A stretch of DNA of 22,611 bases from IMG/VR virus record IMGVR_UViG_2687453449_000006; one strand, 5' to 3'. The notes under the pieces were generated by a model. That model had not been told where the DNA came from and did no database searches. It was given only the letters and a program-made list of their open reading frames with translations. A program made the translations under genes and the position numbers. This document shows, piece by piece, positions 9,595 to 19,350 of this stretch. The stretch is from a virus (taxonomy: Duplodnaviria > Heunggongvirae > Uroviricota > Caudoviricetes). Numbering within the stretch: position 1 is the stretch's first letter; each line of letters opens with the position of its first letter.

Positions 9595-9954
9595 ACATCC
9601 CGGTTTCTTCCACCATCGCACCGGAAAAGCGACTATGAGGGTAACCCTGCGTCTGTCAGCACAGTAAAACCCGGTGTGCATCGTTTTTGATTATTCCCGC
9701 ACACTCACGCAGAAGGAATTCCCCGTCGGGCTACGGTCATGGTTAATGCGGGAATACGGCGACGATACAGCGCAGCTAAAAGGGTAATGGACAGAAAGAG
9801 CGGTTTATTTCATTCCACAGGATTCTGAGTGCCCCCCCTCCTCCAATAGGCTGAGCATCCACCTATATAGTTTTAATTTTCATCAATCCATTTAACTATC
9901 GTTTAATTGTTGTCACATAGGATTCTGCCGTTTTTAACAATGCAGGATAATAAG

Positions 9955-10248
9955 ATGAAAAAAATGTTGTTTTCTGCCGCTCTGGCAATGCTTATTACAG
10001 GATGTGCTCAACAGACGTTTACTGTTGGAAACAAACCGACAGCAGTAACACCAAAGGAAACCATCACCCATCACTTCTTCGTTTCGGGAATTGGACAGGA
10101 GAAAACTGTTGATGCAGCCAAAATTTGTGGCGGCGCAGAAAATGTTGTTAAAACAGAAACCCAGCAAACATTCGTAAATGGATTGCTCGGTTTTATTACT
10201 TTAGGCATTTATACTCCGCTGGAAGCGCGTGTGTATTGCTCACAATAA
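9955..10248 (+). CDS. borD: Bor-family outer-membrane lipoprotein (97 aa)
   Basis: ATG at 9955 (the track start at 9907 is upstream, in frame); signal peptide plus lipobox MKKMLFSAALAMLITGC; sequence matches lambda Bor/DLP12 BorD as recalled. Confidence 0.9.
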   Translation: MKKMLFSAALAMLITGCAQQTFTVGNKPTAVTPKETITHHFFVSGIGQEKTVDAAKICGGAENVVKTETQQTFVNGLLGFITLGIYTPLEARVYCSQ

Positions 10249-10258
10249 TTGCATGAGT

Positions 10259-10276
10259 TGCCCATCGATATGGGCA
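10259..10276. terminator. Short hairpin between convergent bor and Rz (possible bidirectional terminator)
   Basis: TGCCCAT-cgat-ATGGGCA inverted repeat in the 31-bp gap between the bor stop (10246-10248) and the Rz stop (10280-10282). Confidence 0.35.
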
Positions 10277-10279
10277 GCT

Positions 10280-10741
10280 CTATCTGCACTGCTCATTAAT
10301 ATACTTCTGGGTTCCTTCCAGTTGTTTTTGCATAGTGATCAGCCTCTCTCTGAGGGTGAAATAATCCCGTTCAGCGGTGTCTGCCAGTCGGGGGGAGGCT
10401 GCATTATCCACGCCGGAGGCGGTGGTGGCTTCACGCACTGACTGACAGACTGCTTTGATGTGCAACCGACGACGACCAGCGGCAACATCATCACGCAGAG
10501 CATCATTTTCAGCTTTCGCATTAGCTAACTCCTTCGTGTATTTTTCATCCAGTGCAGCAACATCACGCTGGCGCATCTGCATGTCAGTAATTGCCGCGTT
10601 CGCCAGCTTCAGTTCTCTGGCATTTTTGTCGCGCTGGGCTTTGTAGGTAATGGCGTTATCACGGTAATGATTAACAGCCCATGACAGGCAGACGATGATG
10701 CAGATAACCAGAGCGGAGATAATCGCGGTTACTCTGTTCAT
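10280..10741 (-). CDS. rzpD: Rz i-spanin (153 aa)
   Basis: True ATG at 10741-10739 overlapping the endolysin stop (ATGA); N-terminal TM segment, coiled-coil, C-terminal ...YINEQCR; the track's M at 10753 is a GTG. Confidence 0.88.
   Translation of the reverse strand: MNRVTAIISALVICIIVCLSWAVNHYRDNAITYKAQRDKNARELKLANAAITDMQMRQRDVAALDEKYTKELANAKAENDALRDDVAAGRRRLHIKAVCQSVREATTASGVDNAASPRLADTAERDYFTLRERLITMQKQLEGTQKYINEQCR
10339..10521 (-). CDS. rzoD: Rz1 o-spanin lipoprotein embedded in the +1 frame of Rz (60 aa)
   Basis: ATG at 10521; lipobox LVVVGC and proline-rich stretch [15 protein letters not shown]; entirely nested inside rzpD. Confidence 0.85.
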   Translation of the reverse strand: MRKLKMMLCVMMLPLVVVGCTSKQSVSQCVKPPPPPAWIMQPPPDWQTPLNGIISPSERG

Positions 10742-11235
10742 TGCTGACCCCACAAACAGATTTCACGCTCAATCTCACGACGAGTCATGAGACCTTTCCA
10801 TTGCTTACCGCCAGCATATGTCCAGCGACGTAGCTGATCACATGCGCCTTTGATATCGCCCTGGTTTATTTTGCGAAGAAGCGTCGATGTTCTGAAATTG
10901 CCAGCGCCCACGTTGTAAACGAACGAGTAAAGAGCGCCGCGCGTTGTTTCCGGTATATCAACTTTTATGTACGGGTTAATTTGTCTGGCGACCGTGGCAA
11001 GGTCTTTATTCAGGAGGGCTTTGCATTCTGCTTTGGTATACGTTTTACCGAGCATGATGTCTTTTCCTGTATGCCCGTGACATACAGTCCATACACCAAC
11101 AATATCTTTGTATGGTATGTAGCTGACACCTTCCAGACCATCGTTACCACTTGGGCCAGTGATTAACACTGATGCTATAGCAATTGCTCCGCCACCAATA
11201 GCAGCAGCAACGGCTTTTCGTAATGATGGAGGCAT
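10738..11235 (-). CDS. rrrD: SAR endolysin (phage 21 R-type lysozyme, 165 aa)
   Basis: ATG at 11235; N-terminal signal-arrest-release segment [20 protein letters not shown] followed by a lysozyme domain; matches R21/RrrD as recalled. Confidence 0.9.
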   Translation of the reverse strand: MPPSLRKAVAAAIGGGAIAIASVLITGPSGNDGLEGVSYIPYKDIVGVWTVCHGHTGKDIMLGKTYTKAECKALLNKDLATVARQINPYIKVDIPETTRGALYSFVYNVGAGNFRTSTLLRKINQGDIKGACDQLRRWTYAGGKQWKGLMTRREIEREICLWGQQ

Positions 11236-11450
11236 TATTCACCTCTCGCAGCCTTGCGCTTATCTTCTTTAATCTTGAAATAAAGGTTTGTCAGGTACGT
11301 CAGCAGGCCAAATACCAGGCTACCCAGCACACCTATTGCTGCCCACTGTGAGGGCGTGACTTTATCGAGCAGCTGTAAAAACCAGTAACCGGCACTACCT
11401 GCTGAGGTGCCATAGGCGACACCCGTTGTTAACTTATCCATGGATTTCAT
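11235..11450 (-). CDS. essD: Pinholin S21-type holin/antiholin with dual-start motif (71/68 aa)
   Basis: ATG at 11450 and a second ATG three codons later (MKSMDK...), two TM segments, charged C-terminus [13 protein letters not shown]; the track's longer 86-aa form begins at a TTG. Confidence 0.88.
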
Positions 11451-12038
11451 AACCCCACCTCGCAGACAAAGCGGGTGTAAATTGAGGGAATACAACGTAT
11501 CGCAAAAAAGCAGAAACGTAACAGACTCGGAGTCAGTGAATAACTCAGGTATTGAGTTATCAGCTAATATCGAGACTCAAAAAATGGAAAAACCAGCTCG
11601 ACGGCGGGTTTAAGCTGTGTGACGAAGTAACCACTCTTAACAGCATAACCAATTTTTTACGTACGTAAACCACTGAATGATATTTATGAGAATGCTACCG
11701 AGTGTTCAAAACACCACCACAAATATATAAGAAAACCTCAACAAATAACCAATAAATAATTTCCGGCGTTATTTTTAGTTGATTTAAATTAAACCACTGA
11801 ATTATAGAACCCCCATAAATAACAGCCATTAATATAAATTAGCTAATAGGTTTATTTTTGTTCAAATAAGAGCCATAAATAGGTTTCGATAGAAAAAGTT
11901 CAGATAAAAATAGAGATCTACTTCACAAATTAAATGAGAAACTAAAACTTACATCTTGAAATAATCACATTGATTAGATGAATATTTATCGCGCAGTGAC
12001 ATCATTTTTTAATAATAGTTCAAAAAAAAGGGCTCACG

Positions 12039-13121
12039 ATGAAAAAATTAACAGTGGCAATTTCTGCTGTAGCTGCATCAGTACTGATGGCGATGTCTGC
12101 TCAGGCAGCTGAAATTTATAATAAAGACAGTAACAAGCTGGATCTGTACGGGAAAGTTAATGCCAAGCACTACTTTTCCTCTAACGATGCAGATGATGGT
12201 GATACTACTTATGCCCGTCTTGGCTTCAAAGGTGAAACCCAAATCAACGATCAACTGACTGGTTTCGGTCAGTGGGAATATGAATTCAAAGGCAACCGCG
12301 CTGAATCTCAAGGTTCCTCCAAAGACAAAACCCGTCTTGCATTTGCAGGCCTGAAATTCGGTGACTACGGCTCAATCGATTACGGCCGTAACTACGGTGT
12401 AGCATACGACATCGGTGCGTGGACTGACGTTCTGCCAGAATTCGGTGGCGATACCTGGACCCAAACAGATGTGTTCATGACTGGTCGCACCACTGGTGTT
12501 GCAACCTATCGTAACAACGACTTCTTTGGTCTGGTCGATGGCCTGAACTTTGCTGCTCAGTATCAGGGTAAAAATGACCGCACTGACGTAACTGAAGCCA
12601 ATGGTGATGGTTTCGGTTTCTCCACTACTTATGAGTATGAAGGATTCGGCGTGGGTGCAACCTATGCTAAATCAGATCGCACTGACGGTCAGGTCGCCTA
12701 TGGTAAGAGCAAATTCAATGCCTCCGGCAAAAATGCGGAAGTATGGGCTGCAGGCCTGAAATATGATGCGAACAATATCTATCTGGCTACCACATATTCT
12801 GAAACTCAGAATATGACCGTTTTTGGTAATAACCATATTGCAAACAAAGCACAAAACTTTGAAGCAGTAGCACAATATCAGTTTGACTTCGGTCTGCGAC
12901 CATCTGTTGCTTACCTTCAGTCAAAAGGTAAAGACCTTGGTGTTCATGGTGACCGAGACTTAGTCAAGTATGTCGATGTCGGTGCTACTTACTACTTTAA
13001 TAAAAACATGTCCACTTTTGTTGATTACAAAATCAACTTAATTGACGATAGTAAGTTTACCAAAACAGCTGGTATTGATACCGACGACATCGTCGCTGTA
13101 GGTCTGGTGTATCAGTTCTAA
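12039..13121 (+). CDS. nmpC: Outer-membrane general porin NmpC (OmpC/OmpF family), apparently intact (360 aa)
   Basis: ATG at 12039; signal peptide [30 protein letters not shown]; porin signature with C-terminal ...VAVGLVYQF; uninterrupted 360-codon frame. Confidence 0.9.
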   Translation: MKKLTVAISAVAASVLMAMSAQAAEIYNKDSNKLDLYGKVNAKHYFSSNDADDGDTTYARLGFKGETQINDQLTGFGQWEYEFKGNRAESQGSSKDKTRLAFAGLKFGDYGSIDYGRNYGVAYDIGAWTDVLPEFGGDTWTQTDVFMTGRTTGVATYRNNDFFGLVDGLNFAAQYQGKNDRTDVTEANGDGFGFSTTYEYEGFGVGATYAKSDRTDGQVAYGKSKFNASGKNAEVWAAGLKYDANNIYLATTYSETQNMTVFGNNHIANKAQNFEAVAQYQFDFGLRPSVAYLQSKGKDLGVHGDRDLVKYVDVGATYYFNKNMSTFVDYKINLIDDSKFTKTAGIDTDDIVAVGLVYQF

Positions 13122-13257
13122 TCTGATTACGAAAAAGATATGTTGCGGGAGGCTTTGCCTCCCCAACATATAAGTGGCTCCCTCAAGCCACTTCCTTTAG
13201 AAGCACAACCTTGCTTCTAACTATATAAACCTTCTGTTATATATTACCCTTTATTTT

Positions 13258-13290
13258 TGGGGGCGTCTCAACGCCCCATTTTTAATAATT
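13258..13290. terminator. Rho-independent terminator, probably bidirectional (nmpC 3' end / late-promoter region)
   Basis: TTTTTGGGGGCGTCTCAACGCCCCATTTTT: 6-bp GC-rich stem flanked by T-runs on the plus strand and A/T on the complement; additional hairpins at about 13143-13165, 13170-13195 and 13198-13222. Confidence 0.55.
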
Positions 13291-13310
13291 TTTAGTAAAC
13301 AATTGGCATA

Positions 13311-13694
13311 TTAATTAGAGTTATTAACAACGATATCCATCTCTAACCGGATATCTAATGCCATTAACATCCCTTCAATTATGCCCTCAGCCTTCTGTAA
13401 CCTTTTCCCGATATAACCATCAGAGCAGCAATGCTTACCTGCCAGTGACATGAATGTCATACCGACTACATAATAATCTACTAATAAATCATGCAAATCG
13501 CTGTTGTTCTTTTTCAGACGGGCCATGCACCCGCAAATGATCATCGCGTCATCGTCACAACATTGTGGGCGAGATTTTACTTTTGAAGGAATTAATCCCT
13601 TAAAACCGGCGGCAATGGACGACCAGGTCACATCTTCATGATTATTAGCCGCCCACGCTCCCCAACGCTCAAGAACCATCTGAATATCACGCAT
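13311..13694 (-). CDS. quuD: Late-gene antiterminator Q (127 aa)
   Basis: ATG at 13694 ([22 protein letters not shown]...); Cys-rich zinc-binding region [16 protein letters not shown]; the track's M at 13709 is a TTG. Confidence 0.85.
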   Translation of the reverse strand: MRDIQMVLERWGAWAANNHEDVTWSSIAAGFKGLIPSKVKSRPQCCDDDAMIICGCMARLKKNNSDLHDLLVDYYVVGMTFMSLAGKHCCSDGYIGKRLQKAEGIIEGMLMALDIRLEMDIVVNNSN

Positions 13695-13779
13695 CAACTT
13701 ACTCCACAAAACTCAGACCAGAACGCCAATTACAAGCAAAAATCAACAAAACAGTATTAGTTGATTGTTATCTCTGACT

Positions 13780-13920
13780 TCATACTCCTGCTCCTGTCAG
13801 TGTTTTGGCGTAATTCTTCAGTATTCGGTAATCGGTCAAAACAGAACCGGGGAAACGATATAAGCGCAGGCGCATCCAGCGGTGGCGAAGAAGTTCTGCC
13901 ATATAAAACTCAAACATCAT
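13780..13920 (-). CDS. ylcG: Small protein YlcG-like (46 aa)
   Basis: Hand-translated [46 protein letters not shown]; its ATG (13920-13918) overlaps the rusA stop (13919-13917); sits between rusA and Q as ylcG does in DLP12. Confidence 0.5.
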   Translation of the reverse strand: MMFEFYMAELLRHRWMRLRLYRFPGSVLTDYRILKNYAKTLTGAGV

Positions 13921-14279
13921 TCATCTCCCTGTTCAGTGATGGTCAGTTCCAGCTTTCCACCTTTGACAACCGGCATCTTCACAACGCGGTAATCAACGAC
14001 CTGAGCATCATCCAGCCAGAAACCTGCTTTGGTGAGTGCGTCAAAAGCGGCCTTTTGTAGATTATCCAGGTCACGGCGACGGCGATCCGGCATGTGACAC
14101 TCAATGCGGATTTTCACAGGCATAGCCAGGCCGATATCCAGCATTGCGTTTTTAATGATTCGGGCGACGTTTTCGCGGTATGCCTGCCCCTCTGCGCTGA
14201 TGTGCGTGCGCCCGCGATTATGGCGGTAATAGCGATTATTGCTCGGCGGCCAGGGTAATGTGATATTGTAGGTATTCAC
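13917..14279 (-). CDS. rusA: Holliday junction resolvase RusA (120 aa)
   Basis: [50 protein letters not shown]... matches RusA as recalled; the start is a GTG at 14279-14277 overlapping the ybcO stop. Confidence 0.88.
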   Translation of the reverse strand: MNTYNITLPWPPSNNRYYRHNRGRTHISAEGQAYRENVARIIKNAMLDIGLAMPVKIRIECHMPDRRRRDLDNLQKAAFDALTKAGFWLDDAQVVDYRVVKMPVVKGGKLELTITEQGDE

Positions 14280-14566
14280 GCCTTAATTACCCCCTCTTTC
14301 AGCCAGATAACCTGCGTTCTCGCCATACCTTCCAGCGCGCATTCTTTTGCATATCCAGCGTCAACAAAATGCGTGCGACGGTCGATCTCGTCGTGACAGG
14401 CAGAACATGCAATGGTGGCAATCAGGTCTGGCGGTTTGATACCGGTACCGCACAATCCAGCCAGCCGGATATGTGCCAGTACAGACGTTTCAGGATTGCC
14501 ATTACATACGCCAGGGATTCTTACCTGGCATTCCCGACCACGCGCTGCTTTTCTCAAATCAGCCAT
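14276..14566 (-). CDS. ybcO: NinG/DUF1364-like putative nuclease YbcO (96 aa)
   Basis: ATG at 14566 ([34 protein letters not shown]...CSACHDEID); Cys-rich; overlaps the ninE 3' end by 8 nt. Confidence 0.8.
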   Translation of the reverse strand: MADLRKAARGRECQVRIPGVCNGNPETSVLAHIRLAGLCGTGIKPPDLIATIACSACHDEIDRRTHFVDAGYAKECALEGMARTQVIWLKEGVIKA

Positions 14567-14729
14567 GATTCCTCCTTGCTGCCAGTCGCAACCATTTTTT
14601 ATCAACCAGGCTGGCGGTATATCCGAGCAGTGTTGGTATTTCGGATGGTTTCAGCTCAGGCTTACGCTTACGACGATTTGGTACTTTGTAGATGTGTCCG
14701 TTCATGACACGAATAAGCGGTGTAGCCAT
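14559..14729 (-). CDS. ninE: NinE-like small basic protein (56 aa)
   Basis: Hand-translated [56 protein letters not shown]; its ATG overlaps the ybcN stop (TAATG). Confidence 0.65.
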   Translation of the reverse strand: MATPLIRVMNGHIYKVPNRRKRKPELKPSEIPTLLGYTASLVDKKWLRLAARRNHG

Positions 14730-15184
14730 TACGCCTCCTGCTTATCACGCAGCAGCTGGAACTCGCAGCTCTGCGGAATAGTCAGGTGGCAGCCAATATT
14801 CATCGCCCAGGCTTCAACCTTACACAGGAAGACATACATCTCTCCGGTATCAAGGTCGGAGGTATGGCGTAACGACTGGATAGTGGTGATATCACCGGTT
14901 ACGACATCAACCAGGTCTTTGGTTTCATAACCGAGATATGTGTGTTTGAGAGCATCTTTTACCCAAGCTGGAGTGGCGAACGTTTTACCCCTGCTGATGA
15001 GGTATTCACTGATTTCGCTGTACCACATGTGGCTGAGTGCATTCTGGGAAAGACTGCGTTTCTCACGCCACGGTTTAAGCACCATGCGAAAGCATTTGCC
15101 CTCCTCCAGATAAGGCTGGATCTGCCGACCGATAGCGGTGAAGTTGCCGCGATGTAATTTGATGCCGTCTTGTGAGAGGTTCAC
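14729..15184 (-). CDS. ybcN: NinB-family recombination protein YbcN (151 aa)
   Basis: 151-codon frame beginning at a GTG (15184-15182) with SD GGAGGTG upstream; an in-frame stop lies immediately upstream so no ATG alternative exists; matches YbcN/NinB as recalled. Confidence 0.8.
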
Positions 15185-15307
15185 GCTTCACCTCCGCAGA
15201 GGTCAAACGCTAGATGCAAAGAATTGCAGGTGCATTTCTGCATCTGTGAAGGGAGAAGAGAGTTTGGATTGTATGTGCGCATAAACGTCCCCGTTTAGCG
15301 CAGAAGT

Positions 15308-15336
15308 CACCGGAGTTGTTCAGGCTCCGGTGACAT
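15308..15336. other. Perfect 10-bp inverted repeat (stable hairpin) in the ybcM-ybcN intergenic region
   Basis: GTCACCGGAG-ttgttcagg-CTCCGGTGAC, about 65-90 nt downstream of the ybcM stop; not followed by a U-run on the minus strand, so it is not a canonical intrinsic terminator. Confidence 0.4.
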
Positions 15337-15398
15337 AATTATGCCGTGTTGATTTCCCAAAATCAAAATCGATAGAATTGCTCCTTCTTAAAACACTT

Positions 15399-16196
15399 TT
15401 ACTCTCTGGAAGCTTTTCTTATCTCTCTTGGTGTTATATTAAAACGATTATGAAATCTTTCAGTAAAACGAGAAGGACACTTATAACCATTTTCTCTGGC
15501 AATCTCGCTTATAGGTTTTACCGTCGTTTGTATAGCAGACAACGCATTATTTAACCTCACATCGTCCAGTATACTTTGGAAACTTACCCCCTCGCTTGCT
15601 AGACGGCGATGTAATGTAGAAACAGAAATGTAGAGATATCGAGCAACCTTGTTTGCTGTCCATTTTGTGCCGGGTTCGGATAGCAGCAGGTTATAACAAC
15701 GACTTATCAATGATTGTTTACTATATGATAAAAGTAAATGATTAACATGATTCACTCCTAACGAAAGTAGAACGCCCATTGCTAAGTGCTCCTGAATTTT
15801 AGTTGAGAAGCCTCGGGAAACAGATGTTTTTAGTTGCTCCCAACAATATATTAACTCAGGATTCTGAGGTAAAAAGAAACTTGTTTTGTTACGTATTTGA
15901 TCAGTTACCGTATAAAGTTTTTGGAAACTCTCAATTAAATCAATGGGTAAGTAAAGCATTTCTGCAAGATAAAGCCCTGCTTCAGGATAATTCTCAATAT
16001 AAAATTCATAACCACAAGGAAATAATATTATTTGATTATTATCAACAGTTAAAGTATGCGTCTCCCAATTGATAACTTTCTTTCCCTGACGGATACGACA
16101 CAAAGCTGGCATAAGAGGCTTAACCCTATGAATCTCATGATGTTTATGCATCCGTATTTCTTCGATCTTTAAGTTAGTCTTACCTCTTGCCAGCAT
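15399..16196 (-). CDS. ybcM: AraC-family transcriptional regulator YbcM (265 aa)
   Basis: ATG at 16196; C-terminal AraC HTH (...[42 protein letters not shown]...); AT-rich. Confidence 0.85.
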
Positions 16197-16205
16197 ACTC
16201 TCACC

Positions 16206-16757
16206 CTACTTTATCTCATAAACTGGTGTTATCTCAGCGGTTGCGATTTTATTAGCATTAAGCATATAACCAACTAACGCTCCGCTGGAGTTAGAATCTA
16301 CAGGAATCTTTTCAGTTTTTAGAGCCCATACTTTAAACTGGTAATGATGTGGTTTATCTCCTTTAGGAGGACATGCGCCACCAAACCCAGCATAGCCAAA
16401 ATCATTTCGGCCTTGAACAGCACCAGTCGGCAGTTTTGTTCCATCACGTCTCCCTGCATCAACGGGCAAATATGTTACTGTTGCTGGAATATTAACAACA
16501 GTCCAATGCCACCAACCACTGCCTGTAGGTGCATCTGGATCATATACAGTTACGGCAAAGCTTTTGGTACCTTCAGGAACACCAGACCAGGTTAATGAGG
16601 GCGATGTATTACCACCTTCACACCCAAATCCAGAAAAGACATGAGACGTTGTAAGTTGCTCTCCTGTTTTTATTTCATTACTAGTGACCTGAAATGCTGC
16701 AGCCTGCGCAGAAAATGTTATGAATGCCAATACAGTTGAAACGATAAGTGTTTTCAT
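16206..16757 (-). CDS. ybcL: Periplasmic PEBP/RKIP-family protein YbcL (183 aa)
   Basis: ATG at 16757; signal peptide MKTLIVSTVLAFITFSAQA; PEBP-like core (...YDPDAPTGSGWWHW...GFGGACPPKGDKPHHYQFKVWAL...). Confidence 0.85.
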   Translation of the reverse strand: MKTLIVSTVLAFITFSAQAAAFQVTSNEIKTGEQLTTSHVFSGFGCEGGNTSPSLTWSGVPEGTKSFAVTVYDPDAPTGSGWWHWTVVNIPATVTYLPVDAGRRDGTKLPTGAVQGRNDFGYAGFGGACPPKGDKPHHYQFKVWALKTEKIPVDSNSSGALVGYMLNANKIATAEITPVYEIK

Positions 16758-16974
16758 AAAAACCTCTTTGTTATGACCTATCGTTATTTTATTTGATATT
16801 CCTTTATCTCATTATGCATAAAGGCGCAATGTTCATGCAAAAGCAATCACAATTGTACCCCCAACCCAATTATTTGCCACAATATACACAAAGCACATTG
16901 ATACTATCTAAAAACTCTGCTTTATTATTAGTAATACCTACGAAAGTCGGTGTTATTTTTTAACCTACCATTCA

Positions 16975-17022
16975 AAATACGTGACATACACCATTTTGCT
17001 CATAATAATTTGTCACGTATTT
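16975..17022. promoter_or_regulatory. Perfect 12-bp inverted repeat with 24-bp spacer in the ybcK-ybcL intergenic region (candidate regulator or recombinase binding site)
   Basis: AAATACGTGACA (16975-16986) ... TGTCACGTATTT (17011-17022), about 220 bp upstream of the ybcL start and 200 bp downstream of the ybcK stop. Confidence 0.35.
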
Positions 17023-17221
17023 TCAGTATTTGAATCTGCGACCAAGAGTTCTCACCTAACAAATGATTAAGATTGTATAGCTCATTTACTACCCCAATAC
17101 AGCCGTACAAAACTCGCTTGTGGGAGCAAACAAAGTAATTACCCATTAAGTTTCGTTAAAGATAATTAATTCTGTCTTGCACTTTATCACCATAGCATAA
17201 CTTAAAATCCGAGATCATTAT

Positions 17222-18748
17222 TTAGAAATAAATCTCACCATCAACCATATATTTGAGAGCACTTATCGCCTGCTGGGCGGATATTACTTTCATTAAAGGA
17301 TAGTGTTTAAAAACAATGCCATTCATAAAATAGATATCACAGGTTTTATTATCCGTATTAATTATGATTTTTTCGAATGTTTTATAGGCAAGTGTACGGC
17401 ATAACTCTCGTCCATTTTTACTGGTTAAGTCAATAGCATAAAAATCACTGAATGAATTTACACCTTTACTCTTCAAAGTTTTCAATGATACCGAAGCCCT
17501 TCGTAATTCCTTATCTAATAGTCTTATTTTCTCTGCTATAGCGGTAACTTCAGGCGCGACAGACAATGCAACGATTAAATTATTAATTTTCATCTGAAGC
17601 TCAATAATTTTTAACTCTAAAGTTTCATTAGCATCTTTCTTGTTTTCAACTGGTTGAATTTTGCTACAATTAAAAAGCAATTCATTAATGATATTATAAT
17701 CAACCAAATCTCTTTTTATTGATGGCCTGTCACATCGATGTAATCTTCTCATCGGACAAACATAATAGCCATGCAAACTTCCAGATACCGCATGAACAAT
17801 CATGGTATTACCACAAGCCTCACACTTCATAACTGTTCGAAGTAGATTTATTAGCATAGGATTCTTGCTACTATTGCTAATACCAAAAGGTGCCAACCGA
17901 ATTTCCTGTACAGCGTAAAACAAATCATCTGATATGACTCTGGGATAATAGCCAGCGATTTCACTTATCCCTTTCCCTCTTGCACGATATGAAGGTACGC
18001 ATATACCTATCAGAGCTTTATTCGCTAATAATTTTTCAATTACAGAAGGTCCCCATGCACTTTCTTTTCCTGAGAAATTCTTTACAGCATGATCATTTAA
18101 ATACTTGGCTATTGCATTCAATGAGCGCCTTTCCATCCTGAGTTTAAAAATTAGCTCAATAGTTTTCACCCTGTCGGGGTCTGGAACAAAAGCCGTTCTT
18201 TTGTCATCTAAGGAGAGCCATCTCGGACAAGACGCCGTCATAATCGTACCTGATTCCAGTGCATCCTGCCGTTTTTTCTTCCATGATAATTTAACCCGAC
18301 TTGACTTTATCTCGCTTTCTTCATTTGCCCTTTGTGCTATAAGTATGGCTTTTATTAATGAATATGGCTCATTCAAAGAGTCAATATTATAGACTGTATT
18401 GTCGCAAAGAGTTATAACATCAATACCGTGATTCAAAATCAATTTCAGACGTTCAATCGCTTCACCGACTTTTTCTCTTGAAAGTCTGTCCAGACTTTCA
18501 ACTAACAATGTAGTTCCTGGCAATATATAACCATGCTCTATAGCATCTAAAAATTCCGAAAAAGCTCCTGATTGTGCATGCTTTCCTTTGAATGCACTTA
18601 ATCCTAAATCTTCATATGTTATGGTATCAAGATAATAATCACTATTTACCTTTAACCATTCAGCAATAAGTCTTCTCTGTCGGTTTAATGAGTCGCCAGA
18701 CATCTGACCTGGTGATGAAAATCGCATATATGCTATGGCTTTTTTCAT
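17222..18748 (-). CDS. ybcK: Large serine recombinase family protein YbcK (508 aa)
   Basis: ATG at 18748 with SD AGGTG; N-terminal resolvase-type catalytic motif AYMRFSSPGQ...R; central recombinase domain; Cys cluster CEACGNT...CPMRRLHRC (zinc ribbon); C-terminal coiled-coil region. Confidence 0.85.
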   Translation of the reverse strand: MKKAIAYMRFSSPGQMSGDSLNRQRRLIAEWLKVNSDYYLDTITYEDLGLSAFKGKHAQSGAFSEFLDAIEHGYILPGTTLLVESLDRLSREKVGEAIERLKLILNHGIDVITLCDNTVYNIDSLNEPYSLIKAILIAQRANEESEIKSSRVKLSWKKKRQDALESGTIMTASCPRWLSLDDKRTAFVPDPDRVKTIELIFKLRMERRSLNAIAKYLNDHAVKNFSGKESAWGPSVIEKLLANKALIGICVPSYRARGKGISEIAGYYPRVISDDLFYAVQEIRLAPFGISNSSKNPMLINLLRTVMKCEACGNTMIVHAVSGSLHGYYVCPMRRLHRCDRPSIKRDLVDYNIINELLFNCSKIQPVENKKDANETLELKIIELQMKINNLIVALSVAPEVTAIAEKIRLLDKELRRASVSLKTLKSKGVNSFSDFYAIDLTSKNGRELCRTLAYKTFEKIIINTDNKTCDIYFMNGIVFKHYPLMKVISAQQAISALKYMVDGEIYF

Positions 18749-18946
18749 GGTGACACCTGCTAACGTATGCTTTTATAAACCTTAGTGGTGGGATATAATT
18801 TTTGTTTAATTTTTATTTAAAAAGACAATTAAGGTCACATTATCTTGAATATACAACAATAATCGTATTGCAATTTTCTTACGCCATAATCTTGAAAGCA
18901 CAAAAGAATACATAAAAAATAAAGACATTAACAAAAAGCATAAAAC

Positions 18947-18975
18947 GAGGCTCATATAAATATAAGAGCCTCCAT
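18947..18975 (-). terminator. Rho-independent terminator downstream of emrE
   Basis: Minus strand reads GAGGCTC-ttatatttatat-GAGCCTC followed by GTTTTATGCTTTTTG (U-rich), about 30 nt after the emrE stop. Confidence 0.5.
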
Positions 18976-19002
18976 ATTTTAGTCGTTTAGAAACAAATTA
19001 TT

Positions 19003-19335
19003 TTAATGTGGTGTGCTTCGTGACAATAAATTAATAACCAACACACCGGCACAAATCAACATCATGCCTATAATGGCTGGCAGGTCCAGCCGTTGGCCGA
19101 AAAATCCCCATAACAGTAAGCTAATCAGGACAATACCGACTCCTGACCAGATACCATAAGCAATCCCTGTAGGAATATAAGCCAGCGTCTGAGCTAATAA
19201 CCAGAATGATGCACAATAACAAATAATTGTACCAACAGATGGCCATAACCGTGTAAAACCTTCTGAAAACTTCATTAAGGTTGTACCAATGACCTCTGCA
19301 AGTATTGCACCACCAAGATAAATATAAGGGTTCAT
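19003..19335 (-). CDS. emrE: SMR-family multidrug efflux transporter EmrE (110 aa)
   Basis: ATG at 19335 (MNPYIYLGGAILAEVIGTTLMKFSEGFTRLWPSV...); four TM helices with the conserved Glu14; the track's longer ORF begins at an upstream TTG. Confidence 0.9.
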   Translation of the reverse strand: MNPYIYLGGAILAEVIGTTLMKFSEGFTRLWPSVGTIICYCASFWLLAQTLAYIPTGIAYGIWSGVGIVLISLLLWGFFGQRLDLPAIIGMMLICAGVLVINLLSRSTPH

Positions 19336-19350
19336 AGCATATTCTTTCCT

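Noticed and set aside
9595-9954. Additional protein-coding genes between ylcI and bor (ybcV/ybcW equivalents)
   Set aside because: Only very short frames (under 30 codons) without ribosome-binding sites are present in this 360-bp gap.
13761-14060. 99-aa plus-strand ORF
   Set aside because: Overlaps ylcG and rusA on the opposite strand; the track start is not a credible initiation site, whereas ylcG is coupled to the rusA stop.
14369-15157. Plus-strand ORFs at 14369-14707, 14412-14930 and 14942-15157
   Set aside because: Antisense to the recognisable ybcO, ninE and ybcN genes.
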